A DNA stretch of 64,000 nt from Mobula hypostoma (Eukaryota). The notes beneath the pieces are model-generated. The model ran no database searches. It saw only the letters and a program-made list of their open reading frames with translations, and was not told the origin of the DNA. Of the stretch, positions 37,838 to 52,288 are shown piece by piece. Every line of letters starts with the position of its first letter. The first letter of the stretch is position 1. The stretch is taken from assembly GCF_963921235.1 (NCBI RefSeq), contig NC_086108.1, positions 40,984,001 to 41,048,000 on the forward strand, written 5' to 3'. The translations under genes and the position numbers were made by a program.

Positions 37838-38680
37838 ATAAGACCATAAGACTTAGGAGTCATTTGGCCCATTGTGTTTGCTCTGCTATTTCATCCCCAT
37901 GGCTAATCCATCATCACTCTCAACCCCATCCTTCTGCCTTCTCCCTGTAACCTTTGATGCCCTGGCTAACAAAGAACCTATCAATCTCCATTTTAAGTAT
38001 ACCCAATGGTTTGGCTTCCCCAGTCGTCTGTACCGATGAATTCCACAGGTTCACCATCCACTGGCTAAAGAAATTCCTCATTATCTTATTCTAAAGGGAT
38101 ATCATTTTATTCTGAGGCTGTGCCTTCTGATCCTAGGCTCTTCCACTGCTAGAAATATCCTCTCAACATCCACTCTATCTTGGCCTTTCAAAATTCAATA
38201 AGAATAAGAATCCCCTTATTCTTCTAAACGCCAGCAAGTACAGCCATAAGCAAAGTTCAAAGTTCAAAGTAAATTTACTATCAAAGTACGTACTCCATGT
38301 CACCATATATGTACTACCCTCAGGTTCACTTTCTTGCGGACGTTCACAGTAGATACAAAGGAACACTGTAGAATCAATGGAAAACCGCCTCGGCAAAGAT
38401 AGACAAACAGCCAAATAGCTCCAGTGTCTTATGTTTTTATCTGTGCCATAAATGCAAAAGACAATAAATTGTGCAAGTACCAAAATAATGGTAGTAATAA
38501 ATCAATAAGCAATAAATATTGAGAACATGAGTTGTAGAGTCGTTAAAAGCGAGTCTATAGATTGTGGACTCATCATAGCACTCCTCATATATTAACCCTT
38601 ATATTCCTTGGATCATTCTTGTGTGCCTCCTTTGGACCTCTCCAATGCCAGATAATCTATTCTTAAGTAAGCGGTCCAAA
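37838..38680 (-). mobile_element. CR1 3' end with a Rex-type tail inserted at ~38250-38570
   Basis: (TAAGACCA)n tail and 3' UTR matching the CR1 at 52289. Confidence 0.7.
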
Positions 38681-40064
38681 TCAATTCACAATTATATGCC
38701 AGGGATTTAAAACTTATAAAGAGGAAAATAGAAGCAACATTCATCTGTAAGTTTTCTTTTAAAAGGAATGCCAGGTTCAGATGCATAAAATAAGTTGTTG
38801 TCGGTGATTATTCACTCTTCAATGGACAGTTTTATTTACGTGGTCATAACCAACTTTCACCAAGTTGCTATTCAGCTCACAAGGCCTCTCATCCAAGCCG
38901 TACTCTCCACTTTCTGGTCACCCAGTGACTGCAGCATGAGTGCGCCTATTTCAAATGCTTTGCAAGCTTATTTGTTAACCTTTTGTTAAGATGCACCCTG
39001 TGGGTTTTTAGTGTGTCATTTCTGCTGGTGCAGAGAATATGGCAGCTCTGATTGCAGCTGAATCCACACGAAGGAATTTCAGGAGCTACAGTTCTCTCCA
39101 CCCTATCAGCTCACATTTCATACTTTAATGCAGAGCAATTCTACAAGAATAACTGCGCAATATGTGTGAAGTAGGATATAGACAGAAGAGAGGAGGGCTC
39201 GATATAACAGAAAGACAGCCAGGCTACTGGTTCCTCATTACTTTATACCTGGCTGTCCTTAATACTTCTTAGCCTGGTTCAAGTGGATGAACTCAACATT
39301 TGCTCTAGCTACAATGAACATAATTAGTTTTTTCTATATAGGAGCCCATCCTTCTTCTCAACACCCACCCATAGAAAAAACACTGGGCTCTGTGAAGTGA
39401 CTTCTAACTGCTCTATGTTTAACAACTGACACACAAATGTCCATTTTCCCTGCATCGAGCTGAGAGGAGATAGTGACATGGCTGTCACTGAGAGATCTGC
39501 TCAACAGAAAATGATTGTCTGTGAAAGTCATGCATTTTTCATGGTACAATGGGAAATGAGAGAGAAAGGGTTTGATTGACAAGATGATAGCCACAGCAAA
39601 CCTGTTGCACAAAGTGCATTGCAGCTTGAGGAGGGGGTCATGCAGAGTTCACTTCATGGTTGATTTAGACAACTGTGAAATGGTCTGATGTGAGGAATTG
39701 CTTTTATTATATTTTTACTCTCTCTCTCTGCCATGCTGTTCTTCAAGTATAAATAGTAGTCTGCATAAAATCGGCCCCAGATTTCAACTGCTTTGCAAAG
39801 GCAAAAAAAATGCTGTGGGATAGTGTGAATTAAAAATCTGGTCAGCAGCAGTCCATTAGAGCTAGAGGAACATTAGAGCGTGGTCCCAGGCATAGTTGTG
39901 ACCCCTTCTGGCTTTTAATACTTGAAGAAAAACACAACAAAAGCAATAACTAGCTCTGTTCTGTCAAAATATACCAATGAGTTTGGAAGCATGATAATTC
40001 ATTGGCAATAATTTTCCCACAGTCTCTGGGAAGAAAGATGACAGCCAGATTGTCTGTGCTGGAA

Positions 40065-40412
40065 GCCCAGTGGTCAAGTTACTGGGCGAGAAAACAGAGT
40101 TCTGGATCAATGATCATGAGACATGTCCAAATCCCACATTGCAGCTGGGCGCTCAAATTTATGAACCATGATTGATTTAATCTGGATTTATTTTTAGATG
40201 CTGATTTCAGTAATGGTAACCACGAAACCATAAATCTAATCAGGTTTGCTAATGTCCTTCAGGGGAAGAAATCTGTCAGCCGTACCTGGTTTTGCCTTTA
40301 TTTGACTCAAGACTCACTCTTAACCGGCTCTCTGTCTGGGAGCAGCTAGGGAGAGACAGTAAATGCTGTCACTGCCCATGATATCCATAAACTTGAACAA
40401 CTATATAAAAAA
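40065..40412 (+). mobile_element. Old tRNA-derived SINE
   Basis: 'caaatcccac..gcagctgg...taatgtccttcaggggaagaaatctg' recalled as a shark SINE body; A-rich tail. Confidence 0.45.
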
Positions 40413-40414
40413 AA

Positions 40415-40670
40415 ACAGAGGCTCGTAAAAAGCTGCAAAGGCTGGAAATCTAAAGCAATACACACACAAAATCCTGGAAGAACTAAGCAGGTCTGGCAGC
40501 ATCGATAGAAATGAATAAACAATTCCTCCCCAAATTGTGACAGGGTTTTGAATTGGAATGCAATCATCTTCAGTCTTGAAGAAGAGTATTAGCTCGAAAC
40601 GTTGACTGCTTATTTGTTTCCGTAGATGCTGCCTGGCCTCTTGAGCTTCTCCAGCATTTTGCATGTGCTG
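40415..40670. repeat. Two inverted Penelope pLTR-derived fragments separated by 50 bp of duplicated local DNA
   Basis: 40415-40520 (-) and 40571-40670 (+); hammerhead-like cagtc-TTGAAGA...GAAACGTT-gactg. Confidence 0.7.
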
Positions 40671-43419
40671 CTTAACATCAGAATCTGGAAAATGTGAAAC
40701 AAGTTTAAACATAACCAGGATTTTCAAATTCAGAGTGATCACTCAGAAATTCCTCCCCAAACTGTGACAGGATTCTGAATTGGAATGCAGTCATTTTGCA
40801 TCACATTTTAGACCCAAGGAAGATGTGTTTGTTTCACAAAAATATGGCAAACTGGCAGTAAGGCATTCCATGTTAAGGATCTGATCCCCATTTTCAACTC
40901 CATCCAAGTTGTTGCTTCACTTGATCTTTGTAACCCTGCAATCCCTCACTGATTTCTGTGGCCCATTAGTTTTAGCTTTACTCATCTCCAAGTTTAGTTG
41001 GTTACCCAGCGGTGGAAATTACTTTAACAGTATAGCTCCTATTTCAGAACAAACCACTCTAGTTAAGTTATCAGAGTTAATTTAGTGTACTGCTATTTCA
41101 AAAAAAAAGTTATATTTTCCATTTGATTATAGTAATTATAGCAAAGAATGATCAGTTAGCAACTTTATGTAAAGGTCTGGGAAGGTGAATTATTGAATGT
41201 GACATTGTTTATGTTTTTATTTCTGTTTTCTTATCGTTATTTTGTGGTTTTGAGTACGTAGGGCTTTTATAAACTTTGTTCCTCATTGAAAGTATTTCAG
41301 AAGTTCCTTTTTGTCCAATAAAGCTCATCATATAATTAACAGCCAGGGCTCAATCAAACATTTCTGACATTACCATAACTGAGTAAGCTGACCTCAGATA
41401 TTTTATAATGGATAACAACCTTTACCCTTTATGCAAAATGGAATCACATAATTTACATTTAAATGATGACCAAGCCTGTGGTTAGGACTACAGTCATAAA
41501 ACCAATGAAAGAGCTGCAGGGCAATGCTCTGCTTATTTTCTCATTAAGGAGGGAATGTCTTCTCATAAGTACCATAATTTATTGTCATGAGCATTTAGCA
41601 GACCTTAAACGCTTGGAAGGAATTCAGGAGCAGTGAGAGGCATGCTCACCGAAAATATCAAATGCCCTTTTAGTCTTCCATTGCAGTTTTCCTGTTGCCT
41701 GTGAGTGTGGTTAAACGAAAGAACCACATTAGCCCAAGGTTTCCAAACAGTTTAACAGGATAAATTTAGAACTAGACAGCAATTACAATTGTTTTACCTC
41801 AATTTATAATTTCCTGGAGTAAATAGTATAAGATAGTGTGCAAGCCTTCCTTTAATCTTCTAAATATACATTGCATTTTGAATGACCACATGAAGTTTAA
41901 CTACCATACAGAGAAGCATCCCAATATTTACACCATCATGAGAGGCTCACTGTATGAACTCAGTGTTTGTCATTGACATTCTACAATTCCTGGCATGGAA
42001 ATAAAAGTTATTGGAAACATCTATCAGCTCATTGCCAATTCTACTACAAACCTGGGGCAGAGAGGCTCTCAGAGAAACTAATTGTTTCTGAGAACTGGGA
42101 TGACAGCTGCAATCTCTGGACTATATTTGTAGAGCCACTTCCATGTCTCTCTGAAGATACACAGACTGACGTGCACTGCTGTTGTGTTTGGTCACCTCTG
42201 TAATCAAGGGAAAATGCAGTCAGACTGCGCACAGCGTGGTTCCACAAACAATAGTGATAATGGCCAAACCTCCCCCTGTTGACTGGTGAATAAATATTGG
42301 ACACAATAGTAGGAATAACCTGCTGCACTTCAAATCAGGGCAACAACCTTTTGTACCTAGCTGAGGAAGCAAATGACACTATGTATGGGGAGGTGGGACC
42401 TAAACTTGCCAGCAAGAGTGCCCCTTACAGAGCCAAGATCAAAATCTACGTAAGAAAGACAGCATTTGTATGTACTGCAACATCAGCATTATCCAGAATG
42501 GATGGTGATCCAATAACCTTCCAATTCAAAAACAAGAGTATTATCATTTCAGTTGGATGAATTCTTATTGCCCTGCTCATTAATTTTCAAAGGCATTCCA
42601 CCTAACAAGTTTTTAGGTAACCTGAAAAAGAAAATACCCACTTCCTCAAAAGAAATTTCTGGAGCAAGAGAACGGATTTTCTTCAAGAAAAGTAGCTGAA
42701 GTTTTTTTTTTAATTCTCTAAGATGAGAAGTTACTGCAGCTGTGAATAAATTCGCCTGCTTTATTTGAGTATTTCATTGGCAGAATTACAAGGATTTCAA
42801 AATAGAAGTGAGATTGGAGGCTGGAATGATGAAACTCTATTACACCAAAGTCCCCAGTTTAGCATTTTGCTGTAAGTAAATGATGCAGGCAGTTGATCTG
42901 TTCGCTGTGAGTTATATTATTTCCTTAAAGATATACACTGATACTTCGTGCCATTGAGTGAGAAAGCGCACAATGTCCATATTAGAAGAGGCAACAATCA
43001 TGGTTAAATTCAAGCGGCAATATTGATAATCCACACATTATTACATTATAGGTCTTGCTTCTTTGAGAGAGTAATGCCTCAAAGCAAAGAGCTCCCATTA
43101 TATCCTGGCCTTCTCTTCATTGGCTTTCTTGTACTCATCAGCTCAATTCCAAACTGACTCTGGAATGTCAGGGAGCATCTGCTCAATATTTTTAACATAG
43201 AGTTGAAGGGAATGTTGTTAATTATGGTGGCAAGGTTAATGTAGTTTCAGGGATCCAGATATGATCTTGACCTGGGGTGTGGTCAGTACGGAGTTTCCTC
43301 ATAACCTCCGTGAACATGTGAGGTTTCTTCAGGTACTATCATCAGAAAGTACCACAGGTGCCTGGTGGTAAAGATGAAGGAGCCTTTTGTTAAATGGAAT
43401 AAAGCTAGTGCAAAAGGCA

Positions 43420-44022
43420 TAGGGGATAGTGGTCAGCACAACACTTTACAGTACAGGCGACTGGGTTCCTTTCCCGCTGCTGCCTGCATGGAGATTGCAC
43501 GCTCTCCCCGCGACCACGTGGGTTTCCTCTCAGTGCTCTGGTTTTCTCCCACAGTCCAAAGATGTACTGGCTGGTACGTTAGTTGGTCATTGTAAATTTC
43601 CCTGTGATTAAACTCAAATAAATTGAGGGATTGCTTGGTTGCATGCAATGTTCCCTCTAATTTGTAATGACCAGTGTGTGCAAAACTCTTGTGCGGTGCA
43701 ATTTTTTGTCCTCTTCAATAAAAACAGTGTAAGTAAGGCAGTTGTAAAATCAGTGGACAAGTCATTGCAAACTCCACGTTGTCAACACCATTATATCAGA
43801 AACTGGAAAAGGGAATGTGATTGTGTACAATCATGAGATGTACTTAACATGCTAGTGAGGTAGAGGGTGACAACCTTTTGTGCACAGTTTAAATTCCTTT
43901 GTGTGCTGGTAGCAAAAGATGTGTGCATGTGCACATGCGCACACCTTAGAGGGGACATTGATAGTATGGCTCGAAGGACTGGGAGGGAATATTCCACACA
44001 GTATTTTAATAAATAAATAAAT
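43420..44022 (+). mobile_element. V-SINE (HE1-like) interrupted by a MITE
   Basis: V-domain 'tggagattgcacgctctccccg..cgtgggtttcctc..gtgctctggttttctcccacagtccaaaga'; (AAAT)n tail. Confidence 0.8.
43646..43960. mobile_element. hAT-like MITE
   Basis: TIRs CAATGTTCCCTCTAA / TTAGAGGGGACATTG; decayed 8-bp flanks gttgcatg / atagtatg. Confidence 0.75.
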
Positions 44023-44180
44023 ATTGAAGAGCACCTTTCTAGTCTGGATGTTAGCAAATGCAACAATGTGGAATGGAGAGAAGGAGAGAGTGATTTCAGT
44101 TCTGGATTTAGTTTTGAAGCTGGAAAGAATATCCATGTAGAGAATATTCATGAAAGAATATCCATGGGAGAACATCTCTG

Positions 44181-45054
44181 TGTCATAATGGGGGGCATTG
44201 GGAATGGACCCAAATGCAAGACACAGACACTGAAGTACTAGGAACAGGAACGGACAAAACTAAATGACGGGACAGGACGCAGACTAGGAGTAGGGACAGG
44301 AATGCAGACTAGGCTAGGGAAGCAGGACCAGGGCGAGGGACTGGGAACAAGGAGCCTGGGTGTGGACTCTGAGCCAGAGACTGGACAAGGACCCAGAACC
44401 TGGGTTTTGACTCGGGCTCGGACCCCAAAACCAGGCAAAGATATGATGAGGCTCGGGTTCTTGGAGACCAGGCGAAGACGTGTCGAGGCTCGGGTTCTTG
44501 GAGGCTAGACGAGGACATGATGGGGCAAGAGTACTTCGAGGCAACTCTTGGGCAGGACATGGGACTCCTGGGCAGGACGTGAGACTCACCCCCACGGAGG
44601 CAAGGACAGGGAGGGATAGGCCCAACCGCAGGGTAACAGCAAATGGCCTGGCTTACTCAATGGAGGCACGGGTCAGGGAGGGACAGACCCAACCGCAGGG
44701 TAACGGCGATCGGCCTGGCTTACCGGATGGAGGCAAGGGACAGGAAGGGAGCTAGGTCTGGGGTGGTTCCAAGACTCGAGGCAGCCAGTAACCTCAGCAG
44801 ACTACGGAACAGCCAAATCCATATCTTGATGACTGCACTAGCCTTCCACCAGTGGGTTGCTCCAAGGGGAGACTGACAAAACGACCCAGCAACCACACTC
44901 GATCCCAGGGCCACTTATATTCCCAGCCCCAAGATGAGCATCAGGTGCTTATGGTTAAGTCCACCCAAAACAAGGGACAGCTGGAAGACCCGGAGTCCGG
45001 AGTCCACAGACCGGATAGTGAACCGGAATGCGGGCTTCAGACCTGACCATGACA
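44181..45054 (-). mobile_element. Solo LTR (Gypsy-like) with internal tandem repeats
   Basis: TGTCAT...ATGACA termini; perfect 5-bp TSD CTCTG (44176-44180 and 45055-45059); minus-strand TATAA ~44915-44919; ~36-bp and ~72-bp internal duplications. Confidence 0.9.
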
Positions 45055-45149
45055 CTCTGTAGAAGCAAATATAATTCAGTCATATTTAGCTCACTATACA
45101 AAAGGACAACAATAAAACAGGAGGAAAGGTTCTAAACTGTGGGAAGAGC

Positions 45150-46060
45150 AGTTTTACAGGACAGAGAACCGACTTACTAAAATTGGGCAGAAAAAAAGGA
45201 AATCTTAAATCAGACACTAGGCGCATAATACCACAGAAGACTCTGAAGAACATTGAACATAGGAATGAAATTAAAAGGGAGGATGGGAAAGCAAAGAAAG
45301 AGAATGATATGATGGTAGCAAGTAAAATTGGAAGAAAGTCAAAGATGTTTAGTAAGTACATTCAGAGCTAATGGTTAACAGTAGAAAATGTAGGGTGATA
45401 TGGGGAATAGCAAATCACTTTCATAGAAAAATTTGCCAAGAATAATCATGGTCAAAAGACCATGATCACCCAAATCATACGACATGGCACCTAATGATGA
45501 TGGTGATCTGGGGAAAAGTGTGCTATCTGTGGAGGCAGGAAACATGAAGATTTTTGATGATAATTTTGCAACTGCATTCCAAAAATAGGGACATGATGTC
45601 AACAATGCAGCGAAGACAGGCAATTGTTAAGGGATTAGTATCTTTAAAAATAGATAAATCACCAGACCCAGATGAAATGCATCCCAGCTGTGAAACGGAA
45701 GCAAGGAAATTGAGGAGGTTCCAAGTATATTTTCTATTCTCTCTGACTACAGGCATGATGCCTGAAGACTGGAGAGCCACTGACAATGTACTATATTTAA
45801 AAATGAAGGAACTAGTACACCAACTACAAGCCAATTCATTTAACTTTGATATTGGGAAGATCATTGAAATCCATTCTAAGTTACAGTAGAAAGGCACATA
45901 TGATTCAAGGAATTTTGAAGGTGAAATTATGTCAGTGACTTAATTAATTTTTTTAGGAGGCAATATGAAAGGCAGTGTGTGTTATACCTTGAGGAATTTT
46001 AGTAAGGATTTTCGTAATGCCCATATAGGAGGCTGGACAACTTTGTGATCCAGAGAAGTG
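45150..46060 (+). mobile_element. Old, highly decayed CR1 fragment
   Basis: 'LKIDKSPDPDEMHP', 'TGMMPEDWRA'. Confidence 0.6.
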
Positions 46061-46124
46061 TGATAAATTAAATATGCACTTACAAAAGATCAGCAGGGAA
46101 TTCGACACAGGAAGTAACGTGACA

Positions 46125-46565
46125 TGAAATTACAGAAGGAAACCCAATATATAGTGGACATTATGAGCACATCACAAGTGTTCTCCAGTAGTGCTGCAAC
46201 AAGAAGGAAATATCCTTCAACAAAGACCCCTACCTTCTCTATGTCCAGCCCATGCATTCTTCCCACTACCGTTAGGCAAGAGATACAGGAACCTCAGGTC
46301 CCATGCCACCAGGTTCAGGAACAGTTATTACTCTACAGGTATAAGGCTACTGAACCACCTAAACTCTGTACTGATTCCATAACCTGCAGATGCACATTCA
46401 AGGACAGTACAACTCATGTTCTCAGTATTCTTTATTGATTGATTGATTGATTTACACAATTTATCTCGTTTTGCACATTGGCTGTTCGTTAGTCTTCATT
46501 AATGAATCTCAAGGTTGTATATGGTGACATAGACATACCTCGATAATAAACTTACTTTGACTTTG
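46125..46565 (+). mobile_element. Rex1/Babar 3' end
   Basis: 'LPLGKRYRNLRSHATRFRNSYY..IRLLN'; (ACTTTG)n tail. Confidence 0.75.
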
Positions 46566-47639
46566 TCTATTTAAAAAAAAAAGATTAATTATCTTAATTG
46601 CCACAAGAAGGAATAGTAATGTGGCTCTTGATATTTTGGAGCGCCCCTGGCATGGTGAAGGGCTAACTACAACGGTGAAGTTCGTTGAACAAAATATAGA
46701 TTCTATCAGACCAGATCTGGTCTGCTTTACAACTGTACGTCTGTTGGTCTAATATTTTGTCTACACAGTGTTAACTATCCTTGGTCTTTCTTGAACTATT
46801 TTATATTGTACATTCCCAATTCATTGCAGCTTGGGATTAATAGATTGATGTGTCATAAAAGATTATATTTCCCACATCACCCGGGTATATCTGAAGCGAG
46901 GTTTACTTGGTCCTGTAAAGTTATATTGAAGCCCCTACAATTGATTTTATTTCCATTTATAAACGCGCTGTCACTTTTCCAGGAGAAGTTACTTTTGGCG
47001 GGGATGCCAGAGATACAGTCATGCCAGAAAGCTAACTATAAGGCCAAAAATCACGTTCTAGGAAAACCCCAAACTCCTCCCTTGAGAAAATACATAAATC
47101 TCCTGCCCTCAGTTCATTAGTCAGTTCTAAATTTACCACAGCTGTAAACTGCTCGTTGTTGAACATTAGCCTATTTCTTTTCCTGTCACATCAAAAATGG
47201 ATGCAGTCAAACATATCTGAAACTTAACTTCAGAAGCTTACAACAGTAAAAATTGTCTTTTGGCCTGTTGTGCTGCCTTTTCACTAAGCAGTCCAAGTAA
47301 CAAGACACACTGCTCTCCTTGCCACAATAGTTTTGCTTTTCTTTCTGTGTCAGATATTTATCGAAGTTTTGCAGAAGAGGTACACTGACTCAACTCTTCT
47401 TAAAGCAAATCCATTCATGTTCAAACAGCCTCTTGATTCCTTCTAATGTGCCGGCATTCCTTGGCGTTATCATAGCAAAACTGTCTTGGAACTAGAAGTT
47501 TGCATAGATTTAGCATGCCATTTAAAACAGACAAACTTCTATTGATACACAGTGGAGAATATTGAGTCCACAGCCTTGTTGATCAATCATTGCAATGTGA
47601 CTCTTGTATTTTCCTTTGCCAACAGTGTGACCCATCCGT

Positions 47640-50600
47640 GGTGTCAACAGAGCTTTACTGAGGGATTTCTCGCAGGTTGTCGGTGGTAATTTAAAAAGGG
47701 AGCTTCGAGAGCGTTTGTCCATTGTACATGAGCTATCAGCGGATATAACCTGAGCACCAATCGTGAGTTAGATAGCAAAGAAGGTTCAGGCATAAAAGAG
47801 AGACACTGCCTAGCAGAGCGGTCATTGACAGAGTGACCTGAGGCAGACTGGTAGGGCTTTCGCTCATTCGTGCTTCAGGGTCGAGGTAAGGTAAGTTACC
47901 TGTGAGGAACAGAAATAGGAAGTATGTCTGTGAGGCCGGTGTTCTGTACTGGATGTCAGATGTGGGATGCCCGGGAGACTCCCAGACACTCTGGGCGGCC
48001 ATATCTGCGCCAGATGCATTGAGCTGCAGCTCCTTAGGGACCGTATTAGAGAACTAGAGATGCAGCTCAGTGACTCTCGTCTGGTCAAGGAGAGCGAGGA
48101 GGTGATAGAGAGGAGCTGTAGGCAAGTCGTCACACCGGGGCCTGAGGGAACAGATAAGTGGGTAACAGTCAGGAAAGGGAAGGGCAAGAGGCAGATACTA
48201 GAGAGTACTCACGTGGCTGACCGTTTAGCAGTAAGTATTCCTGTTTGGGTACTGTTAGGGAGGATGACCTTCCTGCGGGAGGCAACAGTGGCCGCGCCTC
48301 TGGCACAGAGTCTGGCCCTGTGGCTTAGAAGGGTAGGGAAAGGAAGGGGATGGTAACAGTGATAGGGGACTCCATAGAATCAGGTGATCCTGTGGATGCA
48401 GGAAAAAGACACAGATGGTAGTTTGCCTCTCAGGTGCCAGGGTCTGGGATGTTTCTGATTACGTCCACGATATCCTGAAGTGGGATGGTGAACACCCAGA
48501 TGTCGTGGTACATATTGGTACGAATGACATAGGTAGGAAAAGGGAGGAGGTCCTGAAAACAGACAACAGGGAGTTCGGAAGAAAATTGAGAAGCAGGACC
48601 TCAAAGGTAGTAATCTCAGGATTACTGCCTGTGCCACGTGATAGTGCGCATAGCAATAGAGTGAGGTGGAGGATAAATGCGTGGCTGAGGGATTGGATTC
48701 AGATTTATGGATTATTGGGACCTCTTTTGGGACAGGCATGACCTATACAAAATGCACGTGTTGCACTTGAATCCGAGGGGGACCAATATCCTGGCAAGGA
48801 GGTTTGCTAAAACTATCGGGGAGAATTTAAACTAGAATTGCTGGGGTGTGGGAATCGAAATGAAGGGACGGAGAAAGGGGTGGTTGGCTCACAAATAGAG
48901 AAAGCTTGGAGACAGAGCGAGAGGGGAGATAGACAGGTGATAGAGAAGGGACACACTCAGACCAATGAATGGATTGAGATGTGTCTATTTTAATGCAAGA
49001 AGCATCACGAACAAAGCGGATGAGCTTAGAGCGTGGATCAGTACGCGGAACTATCATGTTGTGGCCATTACAGAGACTTGGATGGCTCAAGGGCAGGAAT
49101 GGCTACTTCGAGTACCAGGCTTCAGATGTTTCAGAAAGGACAGGGAGGGAGGCAAAAGAGGTGGGGGCATGGCACTGCTGATCAGAGATAGTGTCACGGC
49201 TGCAGAAAAGGAAGAAGTCATGGAGGGATTGTCTACGGAGTCTCTGTGGGTGGAAGTTAGAAACAGGAAGGGGTCAATAACCCTACCGAATGTTTTTTAT
49301 AGACCACCCAATAATAACAGAGACATCAAGGAGCAGATAGGGAGACAGATTCTGGAAATGTGTAATGATAACAGGGTTGTTGTGGTGAGATATTTTAATT
49401 TCCCAAATATTGACTGGCATCTCCTGAGAGCAAGGGGTTTAGATGGGGTGGAGTTTGATAGGTGTGTTCAGGAAGGTTTTGTGACACAATATATAGATAA
49501 GCCTACAAGAGAAGAGGTGGTACTTAATCTGGTACTGGGAAATGAACCTGGTCAGGTGTCAGGTCTCTCAGTGGGAGAGCATTTTGGAGATAGTGATCAC
49601 ATTTCTATCTCCTTTACCATAGCATTGGAATGGGATAGGAACAGATAAGTTAGGAAAGCATTTAATTGGAGTAAGGGGAAATCTGAATCTATCAGGCAGG
49701 AACTTGGAAGCATAAATTGGGAACAGATGTTCTCAGGGAAACGTACAGCAGAAATGTGGCAAATGTTCTGGGGATATTTGTGTGGCGTTCTGCACAGGTA
49801 TGTTCCAATGAGACAGGGAAAGGATGGTAAGGTATAGGAACTGTGGTGTACAAAGGCTGTTGAAAATCTAGTCAAGAAGAAAATAAAAGCTTGTGAAAGG
49901 TTCAAAACTTTAGGAAATGATAGAGATCTAGAAAATTATAAGGCTAGGAGGAAGGAGCTTAAGAATGAAATTAGGAGAGCCAGAAAAGGCCATGAGAAGG
50001 CCTTGGCGAGCAGGATTAAGGGAAACCCAAAGACATTCAACAAGTATGTGAAGAGCAAGAGGACAAGACAAGAGAGATTAGGACCAATCAAGTGTGACAG
50101 TGGAAAAATGTGTATGGAACCAGAGGAGATGGCAGAGGTACTTAGTGAATACTTTGCTTCAGTATTCACTACAGAAAAGGATCTTGGCAATTGTAGGGAT
50201 GATTAACAGTGGATTGAAAAGCTTGATCATATAAACATTAAAAAAAGAGGCTGTGCTAGAGCTTTTGGAAAGCATCAAGTTGGATAAGTCACCAGGACCA
50301 GATGAGATGTTCCCCAGGCTACTGTGGGAGGCAAGGGAGGAGATTGCTGAGCCTCTGGCAATGATCTTTGCATCATCAACAGGGATGGGAGAGGTTCCAG
50401 AGGATTAGAGGGTCGCAGATGTTGCTCCCTTATTCTAGAAAGGGAGTAGAGGTAGTCCAGGAAATTATAGACCAGTGAGTCTTACTTCAGTGGTTGGTAA
50501 GTTGATGGAAAAGATCCTAAGAGGCAGGATTTATGAACATTTGGAGAGGCATAATATGATTAGCAATAGTCAGCATGGTTTTGTCAAAGGCAGGTCGTGC

Positions 50601-51822
50601 CTTACGAGCCTGATCGAATTTTTTGAGGATGTGACAAAAAATGTTGATGAAGGTAAAGTAGTAGATGTAGTGTATATGGATTTCAGCAAGGCATTTGATA
50701 AGGTACCCCATGCCAGTCTTATTGAGAAAGTAAGAGGCATGGAATCCAAGGGATCATGGCTTTGTAGATCCAGAAATGGCTTGCCCACAGAAGGCAAAAA
50801 GTGGTTGTAGACAGGTCATATTCTGTATTGAGGTCAGTCACCAGTGGTGTGCCTCAGGAATCTGTTCTGGGACCTCTATTCTTCGTGATTTTTATAAATG
50901 ACCTGGATGAGGAAGTTGAGGGATGGGTTAGTAAATTTTCTGATGACACAAAGGTTGGGGATGTTGTGGACGGTGTGGAGGGCTGTCAGAGGTTATAGTG
51001 GGACATTGATAGGATGCAAAACTGGGCTAAGAAGTGGCAGATTGAGTTCAACCCAGATAAGTGTGAGGTAGCTCATTTTGGTAGGTCAAATATGAAGGCA
51101 GAATATAGTATTAATGGTAAGACTTTTGGTAGTGTGGAGGATCAGAGGGATCTTGGGGTCCGAGTCCATAGGACTCTCAAAGCTGCTGCGCAGGTTGACT
51201 CTGTGGTTAAGAAGGCATACAGTGTATTGGCCTTCATCAATCGTGGGATTGAGTTTAAGAGCCAAGAGGTAATGTTGCAGCTATATAGGACCCTGGTCAG
51301 ATCCCACTTGGAGTACTGTGCTCAATTCTGGTCATCTCACTACAGGAAGGATGTGGAAACCATAGAAAGGGTGCAGAGGAGATTTACAAAGGTGTTGCCT
51401 GGATTGGGGAGCATGCCTTATGAGAATTAGGTTGAGTGAACTCGGACTTTTCCCCTTGGAGCAGTGGAGGATGAGAGGTGTATAAGATGATGAGAGGCAT
51501 TGATCATGTGGATAGTCAGAGGCTTTTTCCCAGGGCTGAAATGGCTAGCACAAGAGGGCACAGTTTTAAAGTGCTTGGAAGTAGGTACAGAGGAGATATC
51601 AGGGGTAAGTTTTTTAGGCAGAGAGTGGTGAGTGCGTGGAATGGGCTGCTGACAGATACAATAGGGTCTTTTAAGAGGCTCCTGGATAGGTACATGGAGG
51701 TTAGAAAAATAGAGGGCTATGGGTAAACCTAGGTAATTTCTAAAGTAAGTACATGTTTGGCATAGCATCGTGTGCCAAAGGGCCTGTATTGTGCTGCAGG
51801 TTTTCTATGTTTCTGGGTTTCT
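47640..51822 (+). mobile_element. Near full-length CR1 LINE: 5' UTR, ORF1 (zinc finger + SGNH esterase), ORF2 (APE+RT), 3' tail; inactivated
   Basis: 'FCTGCQMW..HICARC..LQLLRDRIRELE', 'VIGDS', 'VHIGTNDIG'; 'YFNARSI', 'ITETW', 'GDSDH', 'KFSDDT'. Confidence 0.93.
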
Positions 51823-52288
51823 AACAGCCAGTGAGAGGGACAGAAAGACCAAACATTAATTGACGTTTGCTCCCATATTTCATCTTTTTGCTTCTTATAG
51901 CTTTTCTAGCTGCCTTTTGTTAGATTTCAAAAGCTTCCCAATCATCCACCTTCCCACTTAATTTTGTTACCATATATGCCCTTTCCTTGGCCTTTTTGCA
52001 GTGCTTCACTTTCCTTGCCAGCCACATTTGCCTACCCCTCCTATTTGAGAACAACTTCTTCTGTGGGACATATCTATCCTACACCTTGTGAACTATTCCC
52101 AGAAACTTCAGCCACCTCTGCCCTGCCATCCTCCAATCTACCTGGCCAGACTCCGCTCTCATGCCTCTGTAATTCCCTTTATTCCAGAGTGATACTGATA
52201 TATGTGACTTATGTCTCTCCCTTTCAAACAGCAGCATGAATTCAATCATATTATGATCACTGTCTCCTAAAGGTTCCTTTACGTTAAG

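Noticed and set aside
44440..44745. CRISPR-like repeat array (also considered at 5775-5904)
   Set aside because: Only two-copy tandem duplications inside solo LTRs; no unique spacers, no cas genes, eukaryotic context.
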